Assembly (NCBI GenBank): GCA_903854455.1 | Contig: CAINWJ010000010.1 | Coordinates: 1-50,194 of the forward strand | DNA: 50,194 nt | Reading direction: 5' to 3' | Origin: Candidatus Peribacteria bacterium | GTDB taxonomy: Bacteria > Patescibacteriota > Gracilibacteria > Peribacterales > Peribacteraceae | In this document: piece by piece, positions 9,005 through 17,771 of the stretch | How positions within the stretch are numbered: position 1 is the first letter of the stretch | Layout: every line of letters starts with the position of its first letter | The notes under the pieces: generated by a model | What the model was told of the DNA's origin: nothing | The model's database searches: none | The model's input: the letters and a program-made list of their open reading frames with translations, nothing else | Translations under genes and position numbers: made by a program

Positions 9005-10690
9005 ATGAGCCCCAGTTGTTTGAAGTGTCGAGAGAAATTTTCAGTGAGTGACGATGATATATCATTCTTGGAAACCATCTCTCCGGTCGTCGGTGGACGA
9101 AAAGAACTCCTTCCTCCTCCGACACTTTGTCCGGATTGTCGTCAGCAGCGCAGGCTCGCTTTCCGGAATGAGCGTCGACTGTACGCCCGCAAGTGCGATC
9201 TCACAGGTAAGCAGATCATTTCATCGTACTCCGCGGACAAGTCGTTCAAGGTCTACGATCAGGCGGAATGGTGGTCCGATGCGTGGGATCCGCTTTCGTA
9301 CGGCAGGTCATTCGATTTCTCACAATCGTTTTTCGAACAATTTACCGCATTGCAGCGGGAGGTTCCCCGGGTCAGTGTCATCAATACGAATAGCGAGAAT
9401 TCGGTGTACACGAACTACACAGCCAATAATAAGAACTGCTACCTGATCTTCAGCAACTCCTACGGTCACAACGAAGATTGCTTCTACGGGACATGCCTCA
9501 GTAAGTCGGTGAGTTGCGTCGACAGCATCAACATTTTCAATTGCCAACTTTGTTTTGACTGCATCGATTGCACGGATTGCTACTCGCTCCTCTCCAGCCG
9601 GAACTGCAATGAGTGTCAGGAGTCATTCTTCCTGTCCGATTGCCGACGCTGCAAAAATTGCATCGGATGCAAGGGGTTGCGCGACAAGCAGTATTGCGTT
9701 CAGAACAAGCAGTACACCAAGGATGAGTATACGAAGCTCCTGGAGCAATCCGCCACACATACCCATGCCGGATATGAAGGCATTCGTAGCTTCTTCGATG
9801 CATTCGACAAGAGCACCCCGCACTTATTCAGTCGTCAGAAAAATTGTGAGCAATGTACGGGTGATTATCTTCAAAGTTCACGGGAATGCATTCAGTGTTT
9901 CGATACCAATCAGAGTGAGCACTGTCGCTACGTGCAGTATTCGGTCAGCGATGATTTCAATTGTTGTGATGCGTCCTATCTGGTCGACAGTACCAATTGC
10001 TACGAAAATCTGAGTCTCGTGCAGTGTTCCGATTGTCACTTCACTGATCTTACCTGGTGGGGTGTCCATGGCGTGCTGTACTCCGAACTCTGTTTCAATT
10101 CCACACATGATTGTTTTGGCTGCATCGGTCTCCGTGGCAAGCAGTACTGCATCCTCAACCAGCAGTACACGAAGGAGGAGTATGAGCAACTCGTACCGAA
10201 AATTATCCAACACATGCGGAAAACGAAGGAGTGGGGTGAATTTTTCCCCATTAACCTCTCTCCCTTTGGGTATAACGAAACAATTGCTCATGAGTATGTT
10301 CCATTATCTGAAGCAGTCGTAAAAAAACATGGATGGAACTGGCATGTTGAAGAAGAGGAGCAGAACCAATACCTCGGTCCGGTGTATGCAATCCCCGACG
10401 GTATTCGGGATGTGTCGGATGATATCGTGAAGCACATCCTCCGTTGTTCCGTTTCCGGCAAGCCGTACAAGATCATCCCGCAGGAATTGAAGTTTTATCG
10501 CCAGATGAATATCCCGATTCCGCGGAAATGTCCGGATCAGCGGCACAAGGAGCGGATGGCGCTCAGGAACCCGAGGAAGCTCTGGGACCGGAAGTGCGGT
10601 AAGTGCCAGAAGCAGATTGCGACGAGCTACAGTCCGGAGAGGTCGGGAATCGTGTATTGCGAAGAGTGTTATCTGGCTTCTGTGTATTAA
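9005..10690 (+). CDS. Cys-rich zinc-ribbon/Cys-repeat protein, array paralog P4
   Basis: 561 aa. I counted 41 Cys by hand. The N-terminal module is the degenerate variant (RKCDLTGKQIIS...KVYDQAEWW). The C-terminal module is PRKCPDQRHKERMALRNPRKLWDRKCGKCQKQIATSYSPERSGIVYCEECY. Confidence 0.9.
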   Translation: MSPSCLKCREKFSVSDDDISFLETISPVVGGRKELLPPPTLCPDCRQQRRLAFRNERRLYARKCDLTGKQIISSYSADKSFKVYDQAEWWSDAWDPLSYGRSFDFSQSFFEQFTALQREVPRVSVINTNSENSVYTNYTANNKNCYLIFSNSYGHNEDCFYGTCLSKSVSCVDSINIFNCQLCFDCIDCTDCYSLLSSRNCNECQESFFLSDCRRCKNCIGCKGLRDKQYCVQNKQYTKDEYTKLLEQSATHTHAGYEGIRSFFDAFDKSTPHLFSRQKNCEQCTGDYLQSSRECIQCFDTNQSEHCRYVQYSVSDDFNCCDASYLVDSTNCYENLSLVQCSDCHFTDLTWWGVHGVLYSELCFNSTHDCFGCIGLRGKQYCILNQQYTKEEYEQLVPKIIQHMRKTKEWGEFFPINLSPFGYNETIAHEYVPLSEAVVKKHGWNWHVEEEEQNQYLGPVYAIPDGIRDVSDDIVKHILRCSVSGKPYKIIPQELKFYRQMNIPIPRKCPDQRHKERMALRNPRKLWDRKCGKCQKQIATSYSPERSGIVYCEECYLASVY

Positions 10691-10697
10691 TGCCATC

Positions 10698-10747
10698 GTA
10701 GAGACGCCCCGCCGGGGCGTCTCTACCTGCGGGGCAGCAGCCCCGCG
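10698..10747. repeat. 29-nt perfect palindrome GTAGAGACGCCCCGCCGGGGCGTCTCTAC followed by hairpin GCGGGGC-agca-GCCCCGC
   Basis: Palindrome at 10698-10726 and second hairpin at 10727-10747, immediately after the P4 stop. Related copies lie at 14228-14292, 16006-16098 and 42842-42864. Confidence 0.8.
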
Positions 10748-10763
10748 CTACATTCATTCATTT

Positions 10764-12419
10764 ATGCCCACCTGCCTCCATTGCTCATCGGCATTCAATA
10801 TTACTTCCGAGGACCAGCGCTTCCTGGATCTCTTCGCAGTTCCTGCACCGAAGAGCTGTCCGACCTGCAGATTGCAGCGCCGCCTCTGCGAGCGGAATAC
10901 GCGGAGTCTCTACTATCGAAAATGCGATCTGACCGGGAAGCAGATCATCGCGCAGTACAATCCCGAGTGCCCGTTTCCGGTCTACGGCGTGGATGCATTC
11001 ATGGGGGACGGTTGGAGCGGATTGACGTATGGCCGCGACGTCGATTTCAACCGACCGTTCTTCCATCAGTTCAAAGAATTGACGGCTGTGGTCCCGCATC
11101 TTGCATTATTCAATACGCCGGGAACGCTGGAAAACAGCGACTACAATAACTGCACCGGCTACATCAAGAACTGCTACCTGATCTCTGAGAGCGACATCTG
11201 TGAGGATTGTTACTACTCGAATTTGCTCAAGAAGTGCAAGAACGTCGTTGATTGTTCCGTCTGCTACGAGTGTGAGCGATGTTATGAATGCATCGATTGC
11301 GTCGGATGCCAGATGCTCCGTGGCAGTCAGGATTGTCAGCAGTGCAGTGACAGCTTCTTCCTCTTCAATTGTCAGGGTTGTAGCAACTGCATCGGTTGCA
11401 TCAACCAGCGGCACAAGCAGTACATGATCTGGAATGAGCAGTACTCGAAAGAGGATTACGAACGGAAGAAGGCGGAACTTGGATTGAATGGGCGATCAGG
11501 ATTGAAATCGGTACTGCAACGTGCGGAAGCATTCTTCGAGTCACATCCGCACCGTGCGTTGTTGATTGAGCGAGCGGAAAGCTGCACCGGCGATCGCATC
11601 TACGATTCAAAAAATGCCGTGAACTGCTTCGACGTGAAGGACATCGAAGATTGCCGGCACTGCCAGAAAATTTCCTTGAGCTGCAAGTCCTGCATGGACT
11701 TCAATTCGTGGGGGCAGAATAGCGAGCTTGTGTACCAGTGTTCCGCTTGTGGCGACCGCACTTACAATGCGAAATTTTGCTCGACATGCATCACAGTTAC
11801 GAACGCGGAATATTCATTCGAATGCTTCCACTGCAAGGACATCTTCGGATGTGTGGGTCTGAAAGGTCAGCAGTACTGTATTTTCAATAAACAGTATTCC
11901 AAGGATGAGTACGAGGCATTGCGCTCAAAGCTGATTGATCACATGCGTCAACTCGGCGAGTACGGCGAATATTTCCCGATGGATCTCTGCCCCTTTGCCT
12001 ACAATGAATCCTTCGCGCCGGATCTCTTTCCGATGACGAAAGAAGAAGTAATCAAGTGTGGATGGAGATGGTATGAAGATCATGAGAGTGACGAGCGGTA
12101 CATGGGTGCGCACATTGATCTACCGGAGACGATTGCCGATGTGAAGAAGGGCGTATCGAAGCAAATTCTGCTCTGCGAAGTCTCCAAGAAGCCGTACAAG
12201 ATTATTCCCCAGGAGCTAGCGTTCTACCGATCGATGGACATTCCTGCTCCGGCACTTTGTCCTGATGAACGTCACCGGCGGCGGATGGCGAAGCGAAATC
12301 CCTACAGACTGTGGCAGAGGAATTGTGGGAAGTGTTCGAAAGAGATTGAAACGACATACTCGCCGGAGAGACCTGAGCAGATTTTCTGCGATGATTGTTA
12401 CCTAACAACTGTTTATTGA
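10764..12419 (+). CDS. Cys-rich zinc-ribbon/Cys-repeat protein, array paralog P5
   Basis: MPTCLHCSSAFNITSEDQRFLDLF... starts at the ATG at 10764. The ORF-track start at 10617 overlaps P4 and translates the palindromic repeats (ETPRRGVS). Collinear with the family. Confidence 0.88.
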   Translation: MPTCLHCSSAFNITSEDQRFLDLFAVPAPKSCPTCRLQRRLCERNTRSLYYRKCDLTGKQIIAQYNPECPFPVYGVDAFMGDGWSGLTYGRDVDFNRPFFHQFKELTAVVPHLALFNTPGTLENSDYNNCTGYIKNCYLISESDICEDCYYSNLLKKCKNVVDCSVCYECERCYECIDCVGCQMLRGSQDCQQCSDSFFLFNCQGCSNCIGCINQRHKQYMIWNEQYSKEDYERKKAELGLNGRSGLKSVLQRAEAFFESHPHRALLIERAESCTGDRIYDSKNAVNCFDVKDIEDCRHCQKISLSCKSCMDFNSWGQNSELVYQCSACGDRTYNAKFCSTCITVTNAEYSFECFHCKDIFGCVGLKGQQYCIFNKQYSKDEYEALRSKLIDHMRQLGEYGEYFPMDLCPFAYNESFAPDLFPMTKEEVIKCGWRWYEDHESDERYMGAHIDLPETIADVKKGVSKQILLCEVSKKPYKIIPQELAFYRSMDIPAPALCPDERHRRRMAKRNPYRLWQRNCGKCSKEIETTYSPERPEQIFCDDCYLTTVY

Positions 12420-12429
12420 TTCATTCTCC

Positions 12430-12445
12430 GCGGAAAGCATTCCGC
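12430..12445 (+). terminator. short hairpin GCGGAA-agca-TTCCGC after P5
   Basis: Read directly. It has the same AGCA loop as the GCGGGGC-agca-GCCCCGC hairpins. No T-tract follows. Confidence 0.25.
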
Positions 12446-12462
12446 TCCCTTGTCAGAAAGTT

Positions 12463-14133
12463 ATGACCATTTGCACTCATTGCTCATCGGCATTCGGAAT
12501 CACGGATCAGGATCTGAAATTCTACGACGACGTATCGCCGGTGTTTGCCGGGAAGAAAGAATTGATCCCGCCGCCAACTCTCTGTCCATCCTGCCGCATG
12601 CAACGACGACTGATGTTCCGGAATGATCTCTGTTTGTATCACCGCAAATCGGATCTCACCGGCAAGGCGATGATTTCCATGTACGCACAGGACAAACCGT
12701 ACAAGGTTTACGACCAGGACGAGTGGTGGAGCGATCAGTGGGATGAGCTCTCGTATGGTCGTGACTTCGATTTCTCGCGGACGTTCACCGAGCAGTTTAG
12801 GGAGCTCAACCTGGCAGTTCCGCATCAGGGGCTCTTCACGACGAACGCGGAGAATAGCTACTACACCAACCATTCACTCAACACGAAGAACTGCTACCTG
12901 ATCGCCGGTGCGACGAATCTGGAGGATTGCCTCTTCGGCCGCTTCGTTATCGGTGGCAACGATGTGGTCGACGGCTTGTCGCTCTATGGGTGCAAGTGGT
13001 GTTACGAAGGCATCGCTTCTCAACAGTGCTACCAGTGCATGTTTTTCCGCCATTCGCGCGATTGCAGCAGCTGCCTCGTGATCGACGATTGCCAGTCCTG
13101 CAAGAATTGCTGCATGTGCTTTGGGCTCAAGAGCAAAGAGTATTGTTATTTGAATGAGCAGCTGACCAAAGATGAGTATGAGCAGCGTATTCAGAAGCAT
13201 TTGCCGCTGACGCCGGATGGCATCAATGTGATGCGCAGGCAATTGTCTGAACTTTCGATCAAGTTGCCGCACCGCGCACTTCATGTATTCAGCAGCGAAG
13301 ATTGCACCGGTGATATGGTGTTCAACAGTCAGCAATGCGAAGATTGTTATGACTGTACAGACTCTCAGGATTGCAAGTATGTGAGCAATGCGCCGAAAAG
13401 CAAAAACAGTCAGGATGCGAATTACGCCGCGCCGGATGGCGTGGAGTGGTGCTACAACGTCAACTCGAGTGTCGGCTCACAGCGCGTCATGGGGGTGTTC
13501 CTCTGCTGGTACGGTTCCGATGAGTACTATGTTCGCGAGTGTCACCGTAGCTCGAATCTTTTTGGTTGCATCAGTATGCGACACAAGGAGTACTGCATCT
13601 TAAACAAGCAGTATTCCAAAGAAGAATATGAAACATTAGTGCCGAAGATCATTGAGCACATGCGGAAAACAGGGGAGTGGGGCGATTACCTCCATCCGAG
13701 TCTTTCGACTATGGGGTACAACGAAACGCTTGCTCAGGAATATTTTCCGATTATGAAAGAGGAAGCGATTGCGAACGGTTGGCAGTGGCACGACGAAGAG
13801 GATTCCAAGGAGCAGTACCTGGGTCCCGATCATAAGATTCCGGAGAGCATTGCGGATGTTCCCGATGACATCACCAAGCAGATTCTGCGGTGCGAGGTCA
13901 CCGGCAAACCGTACAAGGTCATCCCGCAGGAGCTGAAGTTTTACCGTTCCATGGGGATCCCGATTCCGCGGAAGTGTCCCGAGCAGCGGCACAAGGAACG
14001 TCTGGCAATGCGGAATCCGAGGAGATTGTGGAAGCGGGAATGTGCAAAATGTCAGAAAGAAATAGAGACGACGTACCATCCTTCGCGACCTGAAACTGTT
14101 TATTGTGAATCATGTTATCTCAACAATTTATGA
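12463..14133 (+). CDS. Cys-rich zinc-ribbon/Cys-repeat protein, array paralog P6
   Basis: 556 aa, collinear with the family. The N-terminal module is the most degenerate (RKSDLTGKAMIS...KVYDQDEWW). Confidence 0.9.
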   Translation: MTICTHCSSAFGITDQDLKFYDDVSPVFAGKKELIPPPTLCPSCRMQRRLMFRNDLCLYHRKSDLTGKAMISMYAQDKPYKVYDQDEWWSDQWDELSYGRDFDFSRTFTEQFRELNLAVPHQGLFTTNAENSYYTNHSLNTKNCYLIAGATNLEDCLFGRFVIGGNDVVDGLSLYGCKWCYEGIASQQCYQCMFFRHSRDCSSCLVIDDCQSCKNCCMCFGLKSKEYCYLNEQLTKDEYEQRIQKHLPLTPDGINVMRRQLSELSIKLPHRALHVFSSEDCTGDMVFNSQQCEDCYDCTDSQDCKYVSNAPKSKNSQDANYAAPDGVEWCYNVNSSVGSQRVMGVFLCWYGSDEYYVRECHRSSNLFGCISMRHKEYCILNKQYSKEEYETLVPKIIEHMRKTGEWGDYLHPSLSTMGYNETLAQEYFPIMKEEAIANGWQWHDEEDSKEQYLGPDHKIPESIADVPDDITKQILRCEVTGKPYKVIPQELKFYRSMGIPIPRKCPEQRHKERLAMRNPRRLWKRECAKCQKEIETTYHPSRPETVYCESCYLNNL

Positions 14134-14165
14134 CAACTATAGTCAGGTCGCTTCGGACGGCAGGC

Positions 14166-14225
14166 GCACCCGAGAGGACGGAGAGTGTGTATTGCGAACA
14201 ATGTTATTTGGCCTCCGTCTATTAA
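14166..14225 (+). pseudogene. fossil 3' end (last ~19 codons plus stop) of a Cys-rich paralog
   Basis: gca ccc gag agg acg gag agt gtg tat tgc gaa caa tgt tat ttg gcc tcc gtc tat taa translates to APERTESVYCEQCYLASVY*. This is nearly the same as the real P7 end (SPERPESVYCEQCYLAAVY*, 15940-15998). It lies 30 nt after the P6 stop with no gene body attached. Confidence 0.75.
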
Positions 14226-14227
14226 TG

Positions 14228-14292
14228 CTGCGGGGCAGCAGCCCCGCGTTTATCTCCATTCATTATCTCGAAGACGCCCCGGCGGGGCGTCT
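14228..14292. repeat. junction repeat unit: GCGGGGC-agca-GCCCCGC hairpin, spacer, then AGACGCCCCGGCGGGGCGTCT palindrome
   Basis: Near-identical to 16034-16098. Confidence 0.8.
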
Positions 14293-14309
14293 CTACACCA
14301 CCCAACGTA

Positions 14310-15998
14310 ATGCCCACCTGCCCTCACTGCCAATCGGCGTTCGAGATTGCCAAAGACGATCTCGCGTTCTATGCAAAGGTCTCACCGATCTTCAATGGAA
14401 AGAAGGAGCTGATTCCGCCGCCGACGTTGTGTCCGGACTGCAGAATGCAGAAGCGCATGTTGTGGAGGAACGAGCGCAGCATTCATCGGTCTTCCTGTCG
14501 TATCTGCAAGCGATCAATGATATCGCAATATGTCCCCGAGTCGCCACATGTTGCGGTTTGCGCAGACTGTTTCTGGTCCAAACGGTGCGATCCACTCGCC
14601 GCCGGACGTCCCTTCGATCAGTCGCATTCGTTTTTCTCCCAGTTCCTGGAATTGCTTCAGACTGCGCCGCTTGTCGCGCTGATCAACACAAATGCACAGG
14701 CCTCGGAATACTGCCATCGGATCTACAACGGCCGGAACAACTACCTTTCATTCATCGCGCTCTATGAACCGGAGAACCTGCTTCACACCTACCACACCGT
14801 CGCGTGCAAAGACTGCACGGATGTCAGCGTCAATCATCACTGTGAACTCTGCTACGAGACCGTGGATGCCGATGACTCCTACAATTGCCGGTACTCGAGA
14901 CGTATCCGCAACTGCCGCGATTCCGCTTTTCTGGAAGATTGCATCGGGTGCAGCAATTGCATCGGGTGCAAGAACCTCCACCAGCGTCAGAACTGTCTTT
15001 TTAATGAGCAGAGGACTCCCGCTGACATTGAGGCATTCAGGGCATCCATGGAGATGGAAACCGTATCCGGCATTAGCTCTCTCCGGGGGCAGGCGGAAGA
15101 ATTCTTCCGGATGCTCCCGAACCGACCAGCTTTGAGGGTAAATTGCGAGAGCGTCTCGGGGGCATACGTCACCAATTGCAAGAATTGTACGGACGTGTAC
15201 GACCTGTTCGAGTGTGAGGAGCTGCGACATTCTTCGCAAGCGGAACGAAGCCATCATTGCATGGATTGCTACGGTATGAACTCCGCGTCCTTCTGCTATG
15301 AAGGCATTACGTACGGCGTGGACGGATGCCAGAACCTCCTCTTCTCTGCCGCGACTTTGAGTGGATGCCACAACCTTCTGTACTGCTACGATTGTTACGC
15401 CGGGACGCATGATTGTTTCGGATGTGTGGGGCTCATCAAACAGAGCTACTGCATCCTCAACAAGCAGTACTCCAAGGAAGAATATGAGGAATTGGTACCG
15501 AGGATTATTGAACGGATGCGACAGGCCGGTGAGTGGGGACAATTTTTCCCCGTGCACCTGAGTCCGTTTGCCTACAACGAATCCGTTGCGCAGGACTATT
15601 TTCCGCTTACGAAGGAAGATGCTGGAAAGTTCGGTTGGCAGTGGCGGGATCAAAAAGATGATATTCCGAAAGTCGAACGGATTGTTTCCGGTGCGCAGTT
15701 GCCAGATTCGATCGACGAGACTCCGGACGATATTCTCAATTGGGCCATCGAGTGTGAGGTGACGAAGCGTCCGTTCAAAATTATCCGTCAGGAACTCGAT
15801 TTCCATCGGAGGATGAGGCTACCTCTTCCCCGGCTGCATCCTGATGAACGTTATCGGAGAAGAATGGCACAGAGAAATCCACGGCACCTCTGGAAGCGGA
15901 AATGCGGGAAGTGCGGTACGGAGATCGAGACGACGTATTCCCCGGAACGGCCGGAGAGCGTGTATTGCGAACAATGTTATCTTGCTGCGGTTTATTGA
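14310..15998 (+). CDS. Cys-rich zinc-ribbon/Cys-repeat protein, array paralog P7
   Basis: 562 aa. The N-terminal module has all four distal Cys (SSCRICKRSMIS...VAVCADCFW). The C-terminal module is of the HPDERYRRR type. Confidence 0.9.
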   Translation: MPTCPHCQSAFEIAKDDLAFYAKVSPIFNGKKELIPPPTLCPDCRMQKRMLWRNERSIHRSSCRICKRSMISQYVPESPHVAVCADCFWSKRCDPLAAGRPFDQSHSFFSQFLELLQTAPLVALINTNAQASEYCHRIYNGRNNYLSFIALYEPENLLHTYHTVACKDCTDVSVNHHCELCYETVDADDSYNCRYSRRIRNCRDSAFLEDCIGCSNCIGCKNLHQRQNCLFNEQRTPADIEAFRASMEMETVSGISSLRGQAEEFFRMLPNRPALRVNCESVSGAYVTNCKNCTDVYDLFECEELRHSSQAERSHHCMDCYGMNSASFCYEGITYGVDGCQNLLFSAATLSGCHNLLYCYDCYAGTHDCFGCVGLIKQSYCILNKQYSKEEYEELVPRIIERMRQAGEWGQFFPVHLSPFAYNESVAQDYFPLTKEDAGKFGWQWRDQKDDIPKVERIVSGAQLPDSIDETPDDILNWAIECEVTKRPFKIIRQELDFHRRMRLPLPRLHPDERYRRRMAQRNPRHLWKRKCGKCGTEIETTYSPERPESVYCEQCYLAAVY

Positions 15999-16005
15999 TT
16001 TTTTT

Positions 16006-16098
16006 GTAGAGACGCCCGATCGGGCGTCTCTACCTGCGGGGCAGCAGCCCCGCGTTTATCTTCATTCATTATCTCGAAGACGCCCCGGCGGGGCGTCT
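16006..16098. repeat. junction repeat unit: palindrome GTAGAGACGCCCGATCGGGCGTCTCTAC, GCGGGGC-agca-GCCCCGC hairpin, and second palindrome AGACGCCCCGGCGGGGCGTCT
   Basis: Elements at 16006-16033, 16034-16054 and 16078-16098, read directly. Confidence 0.8.
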
Positions 16099-16115
16099 CT
16101 ACACCACCCAACGTT

Positions 16116-17771
16116 ATGCCCACCTGCCCCCACTGCCAATCGGCATTCGAGATCACGCCTGATGATCTTGCATTTTATGAGAAGGTATCACCAATATTTA
16201 ATGGTAAGAAAGAATTGATTCCACCGCCGACGCTGTGTCCGTCTTGTCGTCAGCAGCGACGACTGGCATTCCGAAATGAACGCTGCCTCTACCATCGTAA
16301 ATGTGATTTGACTGGCAGACAGATGGTCACGATGTACTCGCCGGACAAGCAGTACAAAATTTACGATCAGGAGGCATGGTGGAGCGACAACTGGGATCCG
16401 CTGGCTTCCGGTCGTGAGTACGATCCAGCCAAATCGTTCTTTGCCCAGTTCGATGAACTCTTCCACAGCGCACCGCGGATCAGTCTCATCAACATGGAGC
16501 ACGAGAACGCGGAGTACTGCAATTTCGCGCTCAAGAACAAGAATGCGTATCTGCTCTTCACGTCGGCAGAGTGTGAAGATTCTTTCTATATGAACCGGTC
16601 ATGGAGAAGTAAGAACTGTGCGGATTGCTCCAGTCTGGAAGATGGTGAGCTGTGTTACGAGGTCATCAATTCCGATCATTGCTACAACTGTCAGTACCTC
16701 CAAAATTGTGCCAACTGCTCGGATTGTTACCTCGGATACAACCTTCACGGGTGCAAGAATTGCTTTGCGTGCTACGGTTTGACGAATGCGTCCTACTGCA
16801 TCGGCAACAAGAAGTTTGAGAAGGAGGAATATGAGCGGACCGTTGCCTTGCTCAGGCAGGATCTTCGGTCGGTGCGGAATAATTTCGAGGAGCAGAAGCG
16901 GACGCAGCCGCGGAAGTACATGGACTGCATCAACGCTGACGGTTGCACAGGAAATGCGATCAGTCATTCCAAGCACGCATTGAATTGTTTCGAAGTGATG
17001 AACGTGGAGGACTGCAACTATGCCTGCAATGCGACATTCATGAAGGATGCGTACGACATCGACAACGATGATCATTCCGAACTCGTCTACGAAGCAGTCG
17101 GGAGCGAAACCAATTCCATGCATGCGTTCAACGACATCTGTTGGTTCAACCGTGAAGTGTTGTATTCCAGCCTCTGCTTCCGCTGCAAGAACTGTTTCGG
17201 GTGCATCGGGCTCAGGCACAAGCAATACTGCATCCTCAATAAGCAGTACACGAAAGAGGAGTACGAGAAACTGGTGCCGAAGATCATTGAACGCATGAGG
17301 AAGGATAAGGAGTGGGGTGAATTTTTCCCGGTCAGCATTTCTCCGTTCGGCTACAACGAGACGATGGCGCAGGAGTTAAATCCACTGACGAAGGACCAGG
17401 TTCTGGCACTGGGATGGAAGTGGTTTGAAGATGATAATTCGAAGGATCAGTACCTGGGTCCGTTGTACGAAATCCCCGATGCCATCGCCGATGTTCCCGA
17501 TGACATCACGAAGCAGATTTTGCGCTGCTCCGTCACCGGCAAGCCGTACAAAATCATCCCGCAGGAATTGAAATTCTATCGGGACCTGAACATTCCGATC
17601 CCGCGGAAATGCCCTGATCAAAGGCACAAGGAGCGCATCGCCTTGCGGAATCCGAGGAAGTTGTGGGATCGGCAGTGTGCCAAGTGCCGGAAGGCGATTG
17701 TAACCAGTTATTCTCCGGAGAGACCGGAGCAAGTGTTGTGTGAGGAGTGTTATTTGAGAGAAGTGTACTAA
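16116..17771 (+). CDS. Cys-rich zinc-ribbon/Cys-repeat protein, array paralog P8
   Basis: 551 aa. The first ~13 codons are nearly identical in DNA to P7. The N-terminal module is degenerate (RKCDLTGRQMVT...KIYDQEAWW). The C-terminal module is of the PRKCPDQRHKER type. Confidence 0.9.
   Translation: MPTCPHCQSAFEITPDDLAFYEKVSPIFNGKKELIPPPTLCPSCRQQRRLAFRNERCLYHRKCDLTGRQMVTMYSPDKQYKIYDQEAWWSDNWDPLASGREYDPAKSFFAQFDELFHSAPRISLINMEHENAEYCNFALKNKNAYLLFTSAECEDSFYMNRSWRSKNCADCSSLEDGELCYEVINSDHCYNCQYLQNCANCSDCYLGYNLHGCKNCFACYGLTNASYCIGNKKFEKEEYERTVALLRQDLRSVRNNFEEQKRTQPRKYMDCINADGCTGNAISHSKHALNCFEVMNVEDCNYACNATFMKDAYDIDNDDHSELVYEAVGSETNSMHAFNDICWFNREVLYSSLCFRCKNCFGCIGLRHKQYCILNKQYTKEEYEKLVPKIIERMRKDKEWGEFFPVSISPFGYNETMAQELNPLTKDQVLALGWKWFEDDNSKDQYLGPLYEIPDAIADVPDDITKQILRCSVTGKPYKIIPQELKFYRDLNIPIPRKCPDQRHKERIALRNPRKLWDRQCAKCRKAIVTSYSPERPEQVLCEECYLREVY

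Noticed and set aside
10698-10726. GAGACG/CGTCTC (type IIS restriction site) pairs in the palindromes, as a sign of synthetic or cloning-derived DNA.
   Set aside because: The sites are simply part of a natural-looking palindromic repeat family. It occurs at several loci with sequence variants, and nothing else suggests vector sequence.
10617-10763. N-terminal ORF extensions that cross intergenic repeats. This one is on P5; others are 25860-27320 (sufS), 27378 (GT-C), 33771 (GT2), 34916 (GT4-1), 41750 (HAD), 44162-44293 (HMGR) and 48662 (Hcp-like).
   Set aside because: The extensions translate palindromes or heptamer arrays (ETPRRGVS, FYILHS, etc.) and overlap neighbouring genes. Internal starts restore the N-termini expected from paralogs or enzyme families.
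14105-14767. 220-aa ORF spanning the P6/P7 junction.
   Set aside because: It runs out of frame through the fossil gene end, the junction repeats and the start of P7. It is an artefact of the repeat-rich spacer.
14748-15806. 352-aa antisense ORF inside paralog P7. Similar long antisense or off-frame ORFs lie inside other paralogs, e.g. 1219-2169, 12874-13335 and 16599-17225.
   Set aside because: They lie opposite to or out of frame with ORFs that are collinear across eight paralogs. They have low-complexity, Arg/Val-rich composition and no motifs. They are shadow ORFs of a biased coding strand.
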